64,000 bases of DNA. Origin: Burkholderiales bacterium. GTDB taxonomy: Bacteria; Pseudomonadota; Gammaproteobacteria; Burkholderiales; SG8-39. The stretch covers positions 1,203 to 65,202 of the forward strand of contig JACZJV010000131.1 in assembly GCA_014860355.1 (NCBI GenBank). The letters run 5' to 3'. The position numbers and the translations under genes were made by a program. The notes beneath the pieces were generated by a model. That model was not told the origin of the DNA and did not search any database. It worked only from the letters and a program-made list of their open reading frames with translations. Of the stretch, positions 42,565 to 54,251 are shown in pieces; positions within the stretch are counted from its first letter, which is position 1; each line of letters begins with the position of its first letter.

Positions 42565-43755
42565 TCAAGGCAATGCGCGTGCGCCGTAAATCATGCGCCG
42601 CGCGATGAAGCGGCGGGCGAAGGGCAGCAGATCGAGCGCGAGCAGGCCCGCGCCGCGGCCAAGCTTGAGCAGCGGATCGGAATTGGAAAACAGGCCGACC
42701 AGGCTGTCGGTGAAGCCGATGCCGGCGCGGCGGTCAAGCGCGCGTGCGCGGCGATAGCCGTCGATAAAGCGTCCGCTGCCGGGTTCGCGCGTGTCACGCG
42801 CGAGGCGGGCGAGTTCCCACGCGTCGCGCAGGCCCAGGTTGAAGCCCTGGCCTGCGACCGGGTGCAGGGTTTGCGCCGCGTTGCCCACTGCCAGGCTGTG
42901 CGGCCGTGTTTCCTCGCGCCGGTAGCGCAGCGCCAGCGCAAACGCGCTGCGCGCGCCGGCTTCGATGAACGCGCCCAGTCGATCGCCAAAAGATGCATGC
43001 AATTCGGCGAGGAAAGCCGGGGTGTCGAGGGCGCGCAGCTGCGCGCCGCGATCCAGTCCGGTAGTCCACACCAGTGCATAGCCTGCGCCGTGCGGCAGCA
43101 GCGCCAGAGGTCCGCCTGGCGTGAATCGCTCCCACGCCCTGCCGCAGTGCGCCTGTTCGGTCTTCACCCAGGCGACCAGCGCGCTCTGCCGGTAATCCTT
43201 GTTGTAGGCCGGCGCGGCGTGCTCCTCGGCTACGCTGGCGCCATCGGCAAACACCGTCAGGCGCGGGGCGTATATGCGCGGCCCCTCCTGCGTTTGCACC
43301 GTGGCCGTGCTGCCGTCGAACCCGGTCATTCTGGCGCCGGACAAGCGCCTGGCCGAGCAGGGTGCGGCGTAAAGGCTGCGCTGCAGGTCGTCGTAGTTCG
43401 CGACATAGCCCAGCGCGGGCAGATCGTAATCGGCGGCGCGGATCAGGGTGCGGCCGAAGCCGCCCTGTTGCGAAATGTGTATCGCCTCGATCGGAGTGAC
43501 GGCGAGCCCGGACCAGGCGCCGAGGCGCTCGAGTATCAGACGGCTGGCGTAGGACAGGGCGATCGCGCGCGCATCGCCTGCCGCTAGGCTGCGCGCTCCT
43601 GCGGAATCGGCGTTTCGCGTTCCATTGGAATCGGCGCTGCGCGCCTCGGCCAACAAGACCCTATGGCCGCTGCCTTCGAGCGCAAGTGCCAGAGCGGCGC
43701 CCACCGGGCCGCCGCCGGCGATAAGAATGTCTACCGCTTCGGAGTCCATGGCCAT
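42565..43755 (-). CDS. ubiH: FAD-dependent ubiquinone-biosynthesis hydroxylase (UbiH/UbiF/VisC/COQ6 family)
   Basis: 396 aa. GxGxxG is present (ILIAGGGPVGAALALAL), along with GNAAQTLHPVAGQGFNLGLRD. It lies immediately downstream of pepP, as in the pepP-ubiH synteny. Confidence 0.8.
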   Translation of the reverse strand: MAMDSEAVDILIAGGGPVGAALALALEGSGHRVLLAEARSADSNGTRNADSAGARSLAAGDARAIALSYASRLILERLGAWSGLAVTPIEAIHISQQGGFGRTLIRAADYDLPALGYVANYDDLQRSLYAAPCSARRLSGARMTGFDGSTATVQTQEGPRIYAPRLTVFADGASVAEEHAAPAYNKDYRQSALVAWVKTEQAHCGRAWERFTPGGPLALLPHGAGYALVWTTGLDRGAQLRALDTPAFLAELHASFGDRLGAFIEAGARSAFALALRYRREETRPHSLAVGNAAQTLHPVAGQGFNLGLRDAWELARLARDTREPGSGRFIDGYRRARALDRRAGIGFTDSLVGLFSNSDPLLKLGRGAGLLALDLLPFARRFIARRMIYGARALP

Positions 43756-43772
43756 GCCTGCGCACCCATGCT

Positions 43773-45077
43773 TCAGTCCTTGCCCACCAGGGCTTCTATG
43801 TCGGCGACGCTCTTCGGCGTTTCAGCACTGATCACATCGCAGCCGTTCGCGGTCACCAGCACGTCATCTTCGATGCGCACGCCGATGTTCCAGTAGGCCT
43901 CGGGCACGCCCGCCGCCGGGCGGATGTAGCAGCCGGGCTCGACCGTGAGCGTCATGCCTTCCTCGAGCGGCCGCCATTTGCCCTCGAGTTTGTATTCGCC
44001 CGCATCGTGCACGTCCAGGCCGAGCCAGTGGCCGGTGCGATGCATGTAGTAGCGCTTGTAGTCGCCGGTCTCGATCACCTGATCCAGGCTGCCCTGGCAC
44101 AGGCCGAAATCGATCATGCCCTGCGCGAGCACGCGCACTGCCGCCTCGTGCGGCGTGTCCCAGGCGGCGCCGGGCCTGGTCGCTCCAATGGCGCTCCCCT
44201 GCGCCGCGAGCACCAGTTCATACACGTCTTTTTGCGCGCCGCTGAATTTGCCGTTCACGGGGAAGGTGCGGGTGATGTCCGAAGCATAGCCGTCGAGTTC
44301 GCAGCCTGCATCGATCAACAACAGCGCGCCGTCGTGCAGCGGCGCGCCGTTATCGTTGTAGTGCAGCACGCAGGCGTTGGCGCCGCCGGCGACGATGGGC
44401 CAATACGCGGGGAACTGCGCGCCGCGGCGGCGGAACTCGTACATGAGTTCGGCCTCGATTTCGTATTCCATCCTGCCCGGCCGGGTTGCGCGCATGGCGC
44501 GCTCGTGCGCCCTGGCCGAGATGGCGGCGGCGCGGCGCATGAGGTCGAGTTCGTGCGCGTCCTTGAACAGACGCATCTCGTCCAGTGCGGCGCGCACGTC
44601 GACGATGCGCTGCGGCGCGCTGACGCCGGTGCGGCTTTGCGCGCGCACCAGATTCAGCCAGCGCATGATGCGCGCGTCCCAGTCCGAGTCCATGCCCGGC
44701 GCGTAATAGAGCGCGGGCTGGTTGGCCATCAGCGCCGGCAGCTTTTCGTCGAGTTCGCCGACGGGGTGGGCGGCGTCGACGCCGAAGGCGATGCGGGCCG
44801 CTTCCGGACCAAAGCGCAACCCGTCCCAGATTTCGCGCTCCAGGTTCTTCTCGCGGCAGAAAAGCAGGCTTTGCGGCTGCGCCCCGGCGAGGAGCACCAG
44901 CACCGCCTCGGGTTCCTGGAAGCCGCAGAGATAGTAGAAATAGCTGTCGAAACGGTAGGGGTAGGCGCTGTCGCGGTTGCGCAGGCGCTCGGGCGCGGTG
45001 GGCACGATGGCGATGCCGCTTTGCATCTGCGCGAGCAGTGCGGCGCGGCGCGCGGCATAAACTTTGGTGTCGGTCAT
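43773..45077 (-). CDS. pepP: Xaa-Pro aminopeptidase
   Basis: 434 aa. M24B motifs: LLLIDAGCELDGYASDITRTFPV, HRTGHWLGLDVHD, TVEPGCY, GVRIEDD. Confidence 0.92.
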   Translation of the reverse strand: MTDTKVYAARRAALLAQMQSGIAIVPTAPERLRNRDSAYPYRFDSYFYYLCGFQEPEAVLVLLAGAQPQSLLFCREKNLEREIWDGLRFGPEAARIAFGVDAAHPVGELDEKLPALMANQPALYYAPGMDSDWDARIMRWLNLVRAQSRTGVSAPQRIVDVRAALDEMRLFKDAHELDLMRRAAAISARAHERAMRATRPGRMEYEIEAELMYEFRRRGAQFPAYWPIVAGGANACVLHYNDNGAPLHDGALLLIDAGCELDGYASDITRTFPVNGKFSGAQKDVYELVLAAQGSAIGATRPGAAWDTPHEAAVRVLAQGMIDFGLCQGSLDQVIETGDYKRYYMHRTGHWLGLDVHDAGEYKLEGKWRPLEEGMTLTVEPGCYIRPAAGVPEAYWNIGVRIEDDVLVTANGCDVISAETPKSVADIEALVGKD

Positions 45078-45181
45078 GGGATGCGGTTCGAGGACGGCCC
45101 CGGGTTGGTGCGGATCAGATCAATTGTACCGTTGTACAGTAAGAAGCACGGGGCTGTTCGAGGTTCGGGCACGACCGGGGT

Positions 45182-46866
<1,685 letters not shown>

Positions 46867-47036
46867 CGCAGAATGAGCCGATGGCTCCCTTCGTGTTCCC
46901 CTGTTGCTTGAGTCAGGTGCCGAATCGGCGTTTCCGAGCTGGCCTGCGAGTGCATTCCGATTGCCATTAACGCGAAAGTGTGCGATTTTAGCATTCAAAA
47001 AACGCAGCCTCCCCCTTATCTACCGTAAAGTCCCCG

Positions 47037-49259
47037 ATGCGCTTGTTCGTGCCCGCTTTGGCCTTGCTATTTTGCACAGCGGCAACGCAGGCGCAGGAGC
47101 CGCGGCTGATGCCGCCCTCGGGCAAGCCTGCGGGAATGAACGCGCCGGTCACCATCAGCGCCGAGCGCATCGAAGGCTATGCGAATCAGCAAACCAGCGC
47201 CAGCGGCAATGTCGAGCTGCGCCAGGGCGAGGTCAGCATCCGCGCGGACGAGTTGCGCTACTCCTACGCAAACGACGAGGTGCAGGCGAGCGGCGATGTG
47301 CGCCTGTCGCGCGGCGGCGATCGCATGAGCGGTACCGGGCTGCGCCTGCGCGTGCGCGACAGCGTCGGTGAGTTCGACCAGGCCGACTACGAGTTCGCCC
47401 TGCGCAGCCGTTCCGGCTACGGGCCGGTGCGCGCGCGCGGCAAGGCCGACGTGATCAGGTTCGAAAGCAAGGACCAGTACCGGCTCGAAAACGCGACGCT
47501 CACCACCTGCAAGGCGGGAAACGACGATTGGTATATGCAGGTGGGCGAGCTCGAACTCGACATGACCCGCGACGTGGGTGTGGCGCACAACGGCAAGCTG
47601 GTGTTCAAGGGCATGCCGATCGCCTATGTACCCTGGGTGGATTTCCCCCTGCACAACCAGCGCAAATCCGGTTTTCTCCCGCCCATCGTAGGCAGCAGCG
47701 GCAAGAGCGGGGTGGAAATCGGCGTGCCGTACTATGTCAACCTTGCTCCGAACCGGGATCTCACCATCGAGCCGCGCGAATTTTCCAAGCGCGGGCTGCA
47801 GTTGGCTGCGCAGCTGCGCTATCTCGATCGCAGCTACGACGGCGAAGCGCGCGTCGAGCACATGTCCAACGACCGGGTGCGCAACATCAGCCGCTATGCC
47901 ACCACTTTCCAGCACAATCAGAGGTTCAGCAGCAGGCTGACCGGCTTCATCAACATCAACAAGGTATCTGACGACAACTATTTCCGCGATCTGTCGAGCC
48001 GCATCAACATTACTTCGCAGACCACGCTGCCGCGCGAGGGACTGCTGACCTACGACGGCGGCTGGTGGGCTGCGAGCGCGCGGGTGCAGCGGTTCCAGAC
48101 GCTGCAGGATCCGAGCAACCCGATAGTCGAACCCTACGGCAGGCTGCCCCAGTTCACGCTGAACGCGACGCGGCAGTATGTCGGCGGCACGGATCTGAGC
48201 CTGACGAGCGAGTTCGTCGAGTTCTATCACCCCACCAGCGTCATCGGCAGCCGCCTCATGGCCTATCCCAGCGTCAGCCTGCCGGTGATCCTGCCGGGCG
48301 CCTATCTCACGCCCAAGCTGGGATTTCACGCCACCGCCTACGGCCTGGATCGCAACGCGCCCGGCACGCCCGACAGCATCCAGAGGGCTTTGCCGATCGC
48401 CAGCCTCGACAGCGGCCTGACCTTCGAGCGCGACGCCAGCCTCACCGGGCAGAAATTCCGCCAGACGCTGGAGCCGCGCCTGTATTACCTTTACGTGCCG
48501 TACCGCGACCAGAGCAAGATCCCGCTGTTCGACACCGGCCAGGCCGATTTCAACTACGCGCAGATGTTTTCCGAAAACCTGTTCAACGGCAGCGACCGCA
48601 TCGCCGACGCGAACCAGCTGACCGTGGCCGTGACCTCGCGCATGCTGTCGCCGCGCAATGGCCAGGAAGTGCTCAGGGCCACGATCGGGCAGCGCCATTA
48701 TTTCCAGAACCAGCAGGTGACCCTGGACGAATCCACTCCAGGGCGCACCGACAAGACTTCGGATTTTCTGGCTGCGCTGGGCGGGCGCATTTCCCGGCAC
48801 TGGACGCTGGACAGCGCGCTGCAGTACAACTCGCACCAGAATTTGTTCGAGCGCCTGGGCGCGAGCGTCCGTTACCAGCCGGAAACGGCGAAAGTGCTCA
48901 ACCTCGGCTATCGCTTTACCCGCGACTCCCTGAGCCAGTTGGACGTCTCGGCGCAGTGGCCGCTGGGCGGCGGGTGGTACGGCGTCGGCCGCTATAACTA
49001 TTCGGTGCGCGACAGCCGCCTGGTCGAAGGCCTGGCCGGTTTCGAATATAATGGAGGCTGCTGGATTGGCCGCCTGGTGGCGACGCGCTTTGCGGCGGCC
49101 ACCGAGACCACGACCAATGCCGTGTTCGTGCAGCTGGAATTGAACGGATTATCGCGCATCGGGTCCAATCCGCTCGAGACGCTGAAGCGCAACGTTCCCG
49201 GCTACAGCAGCATCAACCAGACCCGTCCCGACTCACGGCAGTTCAATTTTTACGAGTAG
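47037..49259 (+). CDS. lptD: LPS-assembly outer-membrane protein LptD
   Basis: 740 aa with a signal peptide, an OstA N-domain and a large beta-barrel. It is followed by surA-pdxA-rsmA. Confidence 0.92.
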   Translation: MRLFVPALALLFCTAATQAQEPRLMPPSGKPAGMNAPVTISAERIEGYANQQTSASGNVELRQGEVSIRADELRYSYANDEVQASGDVRLSRGGDRMSGTGLRLRVRDSVGEFDQADYEFALRSRSGYGPVRARGKADVIRFESKDQYRLENATLTTCKAGNDDWYMQVGELELDMTRDVGVAHNGKLVFKGMPIAYVPWVDFPLHNQRKSGFLPPIVGSSGKSGVEIGVPYYVNLAPNRDLTIEPREFSKRGLQLAAQLRYLDRSYDGEARVEHMSNDRVRNISRYATTFQHNQRFSSRLTGFININKVSDDNYFRDLSSRINITSQTTLPREGLLTYDGGWWAASARVQRFQTLQDPSNPIVEPYGRLPQFTLNATRQYVGGTDLSLTSEFVEFYHPTSVIGSRLMAYPSVSLPVILPGAYLTPKLGFHATAYGLDRNAPGTPDSIQRALPIASLDSGLTFERDASLTGQKFRQTLEPRLYYLYVPYRDQSKIPLFDTGQADFNYAQMFSENLFNGSDRIADANQLTVAVTSRMLSPRNGQEVLRATIGQRHYFQNQQVTLDESTPGRTDKTSDFLAALGGRISRHWTLDSALQYNSHQNLFERLGASVRYQPETAKVLNLGYRFTRDSLSQLDVSAQWPLGGGWYGVGRYNYSVRDSRLVEGLAGFEYNGGCWIGRLVATRFAAATETTTNAVFVQLELNGLSRIGSNPLETLKRNVPGYSSINQTRPDSRQFNFYE

Positions 49260-49266
49260 ACCTCAA

Positions 49267-50589
49267 ATGCGATTTTCAAATTCGGCAGCGATCGCCTGGT
49301 TCGCGACCGCGGTATCGGCGTTCGGTGCCGGCGGCGCATTGGCGCAGAGCGGGAATCCCAGCCAGGTGGTGCTGGTGGATCGTATCGTCGCCGTGGTCAA
49401 CAGCGAAGTGATCACCAGCGGCGAAGTCGCCGAGCGGGTGAAGTCGGTGACGCTGCAGCTGCGCCAGCAGGGAACGCCGCTGCCCCCCGCCGATCTGCTG
49501 CAAAAGCAGGTGCTGGAACGCATGATCATGGACCGGCTGCAACTGCAGTTGGCCAAGGAGACCGGTCTGCGCGTGGACGATCTGCAGCTCGATCGCACTG
49601 TTGCGCGCGTCGCCGAGCGCAACAAGATGTCGCTGACCCAGTTCCGCCAGATCCTGGAGCGCGACGGGATACAGTTTGACAAGTTCCGCGAGGAACTGCG
49701 CAACGAAATCCTGCTGTCGCGCCTGCGCGAGCGCGAAGTGGACAATCGCATGACGGTCACCGACAACGAAATCGATTATTTCCTCAGCCAGCAGGCCGCT
49801 TCGCCGTCTGCTTCGATTGAATTCAACCTGAGCCACATCATATTGCGGCTGCCCGAGCAGGCGAGTCCGGAGGAGGTGGAGCGCCAGCGCGCACGCGCCG
49901 AGCAGGTGCTGACGCAAGTGCGCCAGGGTGCCGATTTTTCCAAGCTGGCCGTGAGTTTTTCCGACGCGCCCGACGCGCTGCAGGGCGGGGTCATGGGCTG
50001 GCGCGCGCGCGACCGCCTGCCGGACCTGTTCGCGCAGGCCATCGACGGCTTGAAACCCGGCGAGGTGAGCGCCATCATCCGCAGTCCGGCCGGATTCCAT
50101 CTGATCAAGCTGCTCGACCGACGCGGCGGCGGTGCGCCGGCGGTCATCGTGCAAACCCATGCGCGCCACATACTGGTCAAGACCAGCGAGATCGTTTCCG
50201 AAGGCGACGCCAGGCGCAAGCTCGAAAATCTGCGTGAACGCATAGTCAACGGCGTCGATTTCGGCGAGCTGGCCAAGCTCAACTCCGACGACTCGTCCTC
50301 GGTCAAGGGGGGCGACCTCGGCTGGGTCTACCCCGGCGATACCGTGCCCGAATTCGAGCGCGTGATGAACAGCCTCAAGGAAGGAGAGCTGAGCGAGCCT
50401 TTCGCGACGCCTTTCGGCTGGCACCTGTTGCAGGTGCTGGAGCGGCGCCGGTCCGACGTGTCCGGCGAACGCAAGCGGCAGGAAGCGCGTTTGATACTGC
50501 GCGAGCGCAAAGCCGACGAGGCCTACCAGGAGTGGCTGCGCCAGCTGCGCGATCGCGCCTTCGTTGAATACCGGTCGGAGGAGCGCTAG
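49267..50589 (+). CDS. surA: Periplasmic chaperone / PPIase SurA
   Basis: 440 aa with a signal peptide and two parvulin domains (HILVKT..., GDLGWV...FGWHLLQVLERR). Confidence 0.92.
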   Translation: MRFSNSAAIAWFATAVSAFGAGGALAQSGNPSQVVLVDRIVAVVNSEVITSGEVAERVKSVTLQLRQQGTPLPPADLLQKQVLERMIMDRLQLQLAKETGLRVDDLQLDRTVARVAERNKMSLTQFRQILERDGIQFDKFREELRNEILLSRLREREVDNRMTVTDNEIDYFLSQQAASPSASIEFNLSHIILRLPEQASPEEVERQRARAEQVLTQVRQGADFSKLAVSFSDAPDALQGGVMGWRARDRLPDLFAQAIDGLKPGEVSAIIRSPAGFHLIKLLDRRGGGAPAVIVQTHARHILVKTSEIVSEGDARRKLENLRERIVNGVDFGELAKLNSDDSSSVKGGDLGWVYPGDTVPEFERVMNSLKEGELSEPFATPFGWHLLQVLERRRSDVSGERKRQEARLILRERKADEAYQEWLRQLRDRAFVEYRSEER

Positions 50590-50629
50590 TGCGCGGCGGC
50601 GCCGCGCACGGTACGAAAGGGAGAAGGGC

Positions 50630-51646
50630 GTGAGGAGCGCGCTCGGAGCGGCGGCGAAACTGCCGCTAGTCGCGGTCACTTCCGGCGAGCCCGCCGGCAT
50701 AGGGCCGGACATCTGTCTTGCTCTGGCAGATGCGCACCTGCCTTGCCGCGCAGTCATCCTCGCCGACCGTGATCTGCTCGCGGCGCGCGCAGCGCGTCTG
50801 GGCCTCGCCCCGCGTTTGCGCGCATACGACGCGGCGCAGCTGCCGGCGGAGGGCGAGCTCGAAGTGCTGCACCTGCCGCTCGCCGTACCCGTGACTGCGG
50901 GCAGGCTGGACACGGCCAACAGCGCCTACGTGCTCGCCTTGCTCGATCGCGCCGTTGCCGGCTGTGGCGACGGCAGTTTCGCCGCGATGGTGACCGCGCC
51001 GGTGCACAAGGGCGTGATCAACGACGCGGGCGTCGCGTTTACCGGTCATACCGAATATCTTGCCGCGCTGACATCGACGCCGCGTGTCGTAATGATGCTC
51101 GCCGGCGGGGGCTTGCGCGTGGCGCTGGCGACTACCCACCTGGCGCTGGCCGAAGTGGCGCCCGCGATCACCCGCGACAGTCTGGAGGCGACGCTGCGCA
51201 TCGTGCATCGCGCGCTGCAGCAGCGTTTCGGCATCGCCGAGCCGCGCATCCTGGTCGCCGGCCTCAACCCGCACGGCGGCGAGAGCGGGCACCTGGGCCG
51301 GGAGGAAATAGAGGTCATTTCCCCGGTGCTGCGCGAGCTGCGCCAGGCGGGGCTGCAGCTGGAAGGACCGCTGCCGGCCGATACATTGTTCACGCCGCAG
51401 GTGCTCGCGCGCGGCGATTGCGTGTTGGCGATGTACCACGATCAGGGCCTGCCGGTGCTCAAATACGCGAGTTTCGGCAGGGGCGTCAATGTCACGCTGG
51501 GTTTGCCGATCGTGCGCACCTCGGTCGATCACGGTACCGCGCTTGACCTGGCCGGCAGCGGCAGGGCCGATGCGGGCAGCCTGATGGCGGCGATGGAAAT
51601 GGCGCTGGAGATGGTGAGCGCGTCCGGGGCCGCAGCCGCCGTGTAG
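50630..51646 (+). CDS. pdxA: 4-hydroxythreonine-4-phosphate dehydrogenase
   Basis: GTG 50630 follows GGAGA. VTSGEPAGIGPD, FTGHTEYL, GLNPHGGE, MYHDQGL, TSVDHGTA. Confidence 0.9.
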   Translation: MRSALGAAAKLPLVAVTSGEPAGIGPDICLALADAHLPCRAVILADRDLLAARAARLGLAPRLRAYDAAQLPAEGELEVLHLPLAVPVTAGRLDTANSAYVLALLDRAVAGCGDGSFAAMVTAPVHKGVINDAGVAFTGHTEYLAALTSTPRVVMMLAGGGLRVALATTHLALAEVAPAITRDSLEATLRIVHRALQQRFGIAEPRILVAGLNPHGGESGHLGREEIEVISPVLRELRQAGLQLEGPLPADTLFTPQVLARGDCVLAMYHDQGLPVLKYASFGRGVNVTLGLPIVRTSVDHGTALDLAGSGRADAGSLMAAMEMALEMVSASGAAAAV

Positions 51647-52435
51647 ATGGGCAAGCATATTCCGCGGCGTCGTTTTGGACAGCACTTCCTGACTGACCAG
51701 ACGGTGATCGCCGACATCGTCGCCGCGATCCGGCCGCAGGCGGGAGATGCCATGGTGGAGATCGGTCCGGGGCTGGGAGCGCTCACCGCACCGCTTGCTG
51801 CGGTGCTGCGCCATCTGCAGGTGATAGAGATCGACCGCGACATCGTTGCGCGCCTGCAGCGCGCCTATGCGCCGGAGCGCCTGTCGGTGCACTCGGGCGA
51901 CGTACTCGAATTCGACTTCGCCGCGCTGCCCGGTGAATTGCGTGTGGTCGGCAACCTTCCCTACAATATTTCCACGCCCCTGCTGTTCCACCTGGCGCGC
52001 TACGCCGAACGCATACGCGACATGCATTTCATGCTGCAGAAGGAAGTAGTCGAGCGCATGGTCGCTCCACCCGGAGGGCGCGACTACGGCCGCCTGTCGG
52101 TAATGCTGCAGTACCGCTTCGACATGGAATTGCTGCTCGAGGTCGCCCCCGGCGCATTCACGCCGCCGCCGCAGGTGGATTCGGCGGTGGTGCGCATGCG
52201 GCCGCGTCCCCAGGGGCAGTTGACGGCTGCGAGCGAAGCCGGACTGGCGCAGGTGGTGCGGCGCGCTTTTGCGCAGCGGCGCAAGACCTTGCGCAATTCG
52301 CTTGCCGGCATGCTCGAGGCCGGCGACTTTGCCGCGCTGGGGATCGCGCCCGACCTGCGCGCGGAAAACCTCGCCGTGGCCGATTTCGTCGCGATCAGCA
52401 ACTATGTTGAAATGCAAAATCCGGCAGCGCGTTGA
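51647..52435 (+). CDS. rsmA: 16S rRNA (adenine1518/1519-N6)-dimethyltransferase
   Basis: 262 aa. RFGQHFL, EIGPGLGALT, VGNLPYNISTP. The ATG is directly after the pdxA stop. Confidence 0.93.
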   Translation: MGKHIPRRRFGQHFLTDQTVIADIVAAIRPQAGDAMVEIGPGLGALTAPLAAVLRHLQVIEIDRDIVARLQRAYAPERLSVHSGDVLEFDFAALPGELRVVGNLPYNISTPLLFHLARYAERIRDMHFMLQKEVVERMVAPPGGRDYGRLSVMLQYRFDMELLLEVAPGAFTPPPQVDSAVVRMRPRPQGQLTAASEAGLAQVVRRAFAQRRKTLRNSLAGMLEAGDFAALGIAPDLRAENLAVADFVAISNYVEMQNPAAR

Positions 52436-52586
52436 TGTTCACAAACGCGCCTGCGGCTGGCACAATGGGCGCGCCTTGCCGCGTTCGTGGCAAAGGGGCT
52501 CGGACCGCAGCTGGTTTCGACAGGGCGCGAAGGGAAGCGTCCCCTGAATTCGCAACGCACACGAAGCATCAACGCCGGAGACTGAC

Positions 52587-53243
52587 ATGGGCCTGCTGGA
52601 CGACCTGAAAAAACAGGCTGACATGGTGAGAAGCCAGCAGCTTTCGCAGACGTCTATCCGGCAGGAAAGCCTCAAGCTGGTCGATGCCAGGATGCATCAG
52701 ACCTTCCTCTACCTGAGCGATCTGCTGAAGCAGCTCTCGGTGCTGCGGCCGACCAACCCGACGGTATATGCGATACCGGGGGTGGGCGAAATGCAGAATC
52801 TGGCGTACGCCGAGTCGTTCATCAACTACCGCAAGAAGAAGGTGGACGACAGGGACTGCTACGATTACATCACGATGTTCATCAAGTGGGGCTCGCCCAA
52901 CAATCTCACCATCGAGCGCGACATGCCGGCGGCCATACAGAAGGTGAACGAGGAGTTGTGGGGATTCGGGCTCAAATTCACCGAAGAGAAAATCAAGAAA
53001 CCGGGCGGCGGCTTCCTCAAGATGAAATTTACCATACCGAGCGAGCTTACCTGCGACATTACGGTCACGGCGGACTATGAAAACGCGCGGCTGGTGGCCA
53101 AAGGCAAGCACTTTTTTCGCCTGGGCGCGGACGAACTGCGCATTCCGGCAGGCGACGTAAGCGAGACCCTGCTGGAAGAGTTCGCCAAAATGCTGATCGG
53201 CCAACCCAGCGCGCTGCGCAAGTACCGGGTCGCCGCGCTGTAG
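52587..53243 (+). CDS. Hypothetical protein (218 aa), family not recognised
   Basis: GGAGA lies 6 nt upstream of the ATG. Third-position G/C is consistent with host coding, and the composition is Lys-rich. No signal peptide or TM segment is present. Confidence 0.6.
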   Translation: MGLLDDLKKQADMVRSQQLSQTSIRQESLKLVDARMHQTFLYLSDLLKQLSVLRPTNPTVYAIPGVGEMQNLAYAESFINYRKKKVDDRDCYDYITMFIKWGSPNNLTIERDMPAAIQKVNEELWGFGLKFTEEKIKKPGGGFLKMKFTIPSELTCDITVTADYENARLVAKGKHFFRLGADELRIPAGDVSETLLEEFAKMLIGQPSALRKYRVAAL

Positions 53244-53321
53244 CGGCGATTGCGCGTGCTGCGCGGAGCATCGCCGCGCAAGCGCGCCAGGACCCAGGCC
53301 TGTTCGGGCGACCATCATCCA

Positions 53322-54251
53322 ATGGAAAAGACTTTCGACGTCGCGGCGCTCGGCGAGGGCATGCTGGAATTCAACCAGGTACGCCCGGGCCAGCCCGAGT
53401 TTCTGCAGGGCTACGGCGGCGATACCAGCAATGCCGTGATCGCAGCGGCCCGCGCGGGTGCGCGCTGCGCCTATCTGTCGCGGGTGGGCGATGACGCGTT
53501 CGGCCGGTCCTTGCTGGAGCTCTGGTCGGACGAGGGCATCGACACCAGGGCGATAGAGCGCGACACCGGGCACCCGACCGGCATCTACTTTGTGACGCAT
53601 GGCGCGCTCGGCCATGCCTTCAGCTATCTGCGCTCGGGTTCGGCCGCGAGCTGCATGACGCCGCAATGGCTGCAAGACGGGGCCGCGAAAGACATCGTGG
53701 CTGCAAGCCGGGTCCTGCATGTGTCGGGCATATCGCTCGCAATCTCCAGCAGCGCCTGCGACACGGTGTTTGCCGCGATGGAACTGGCGCGCGCAGCCGG
53801 AACGCTGGTGTCCTTTGACGCCAACCTGCGACTCAAGCTCTGGCCGCTGGCGCGCGCACGTGCCTGCATAGCGCAAGCGGTTTCCATGTCCGACATCTTC
53901 CTGCCCAGCCTGGACGACGCGCTAGGCCTGTGCGCTCTGGACGCACCGGATCAGGTCGCCGACTGGGGGCACGCACTCGGGGCGAAGGCCGTGGTGCTGA
54001 AACTGGGCAGTGCGGGCGCATTGGTGAGCGACGGTAACCGGCGCGAGCGCATCGCCGGACACGCGGTAAAGCTGGTCGATGCCACGGGAGCGGGCGATTG
54101 CTTCAGCGGCAACCTGCTCGCCCGCATGGCGCAGGGCAGTTCCGTGTTCGAGGCCGGGCGCTATGCCAATGCCGCCGCCGCGTTGGCGGTGCAGGCGTAC
54201 GGCGCGGTCGCGCCCCTGCCCCGACCGGATGCCGTGAGGGCACTGCTTTGA
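53322..54251 (+). CDS. kdgK: 2-dehydro-3-deoxygluconokinase (PfkB family)
   Basis: ATG 53322. ALGEGMLEF...GYGGDTSNAV at the N-terminus and VDATGAGDCF near the C-terminus, as in KdgK. Confidence 0.75.
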   Translation: MEKTFDVAALGEGMLEFNQVRPGQPEFLQGYGGDTSNAVIAAARAGARCAYLSRVGDDAFGRSLLELWSDEGIDTRAIERDTGHPTGIYFVTHGALGHAFSYLRSGSAASCMTPQWLQDGAAKDIVAASRVLHVSGISLAISSSACDTVFAAMELARAAGTLVSFDANLRLKLWPLARARACIAQAVSMSDIFLPSLDDALGLCALDAPDQVADWGHALGAKAVVLKLGSAGALVSDGNRRERIAGHAVKLVDATGAGDCFSGNLLARMAQGSSVFEAGRYANAAAALAVQAYGAVAPLPRPDAVRALL

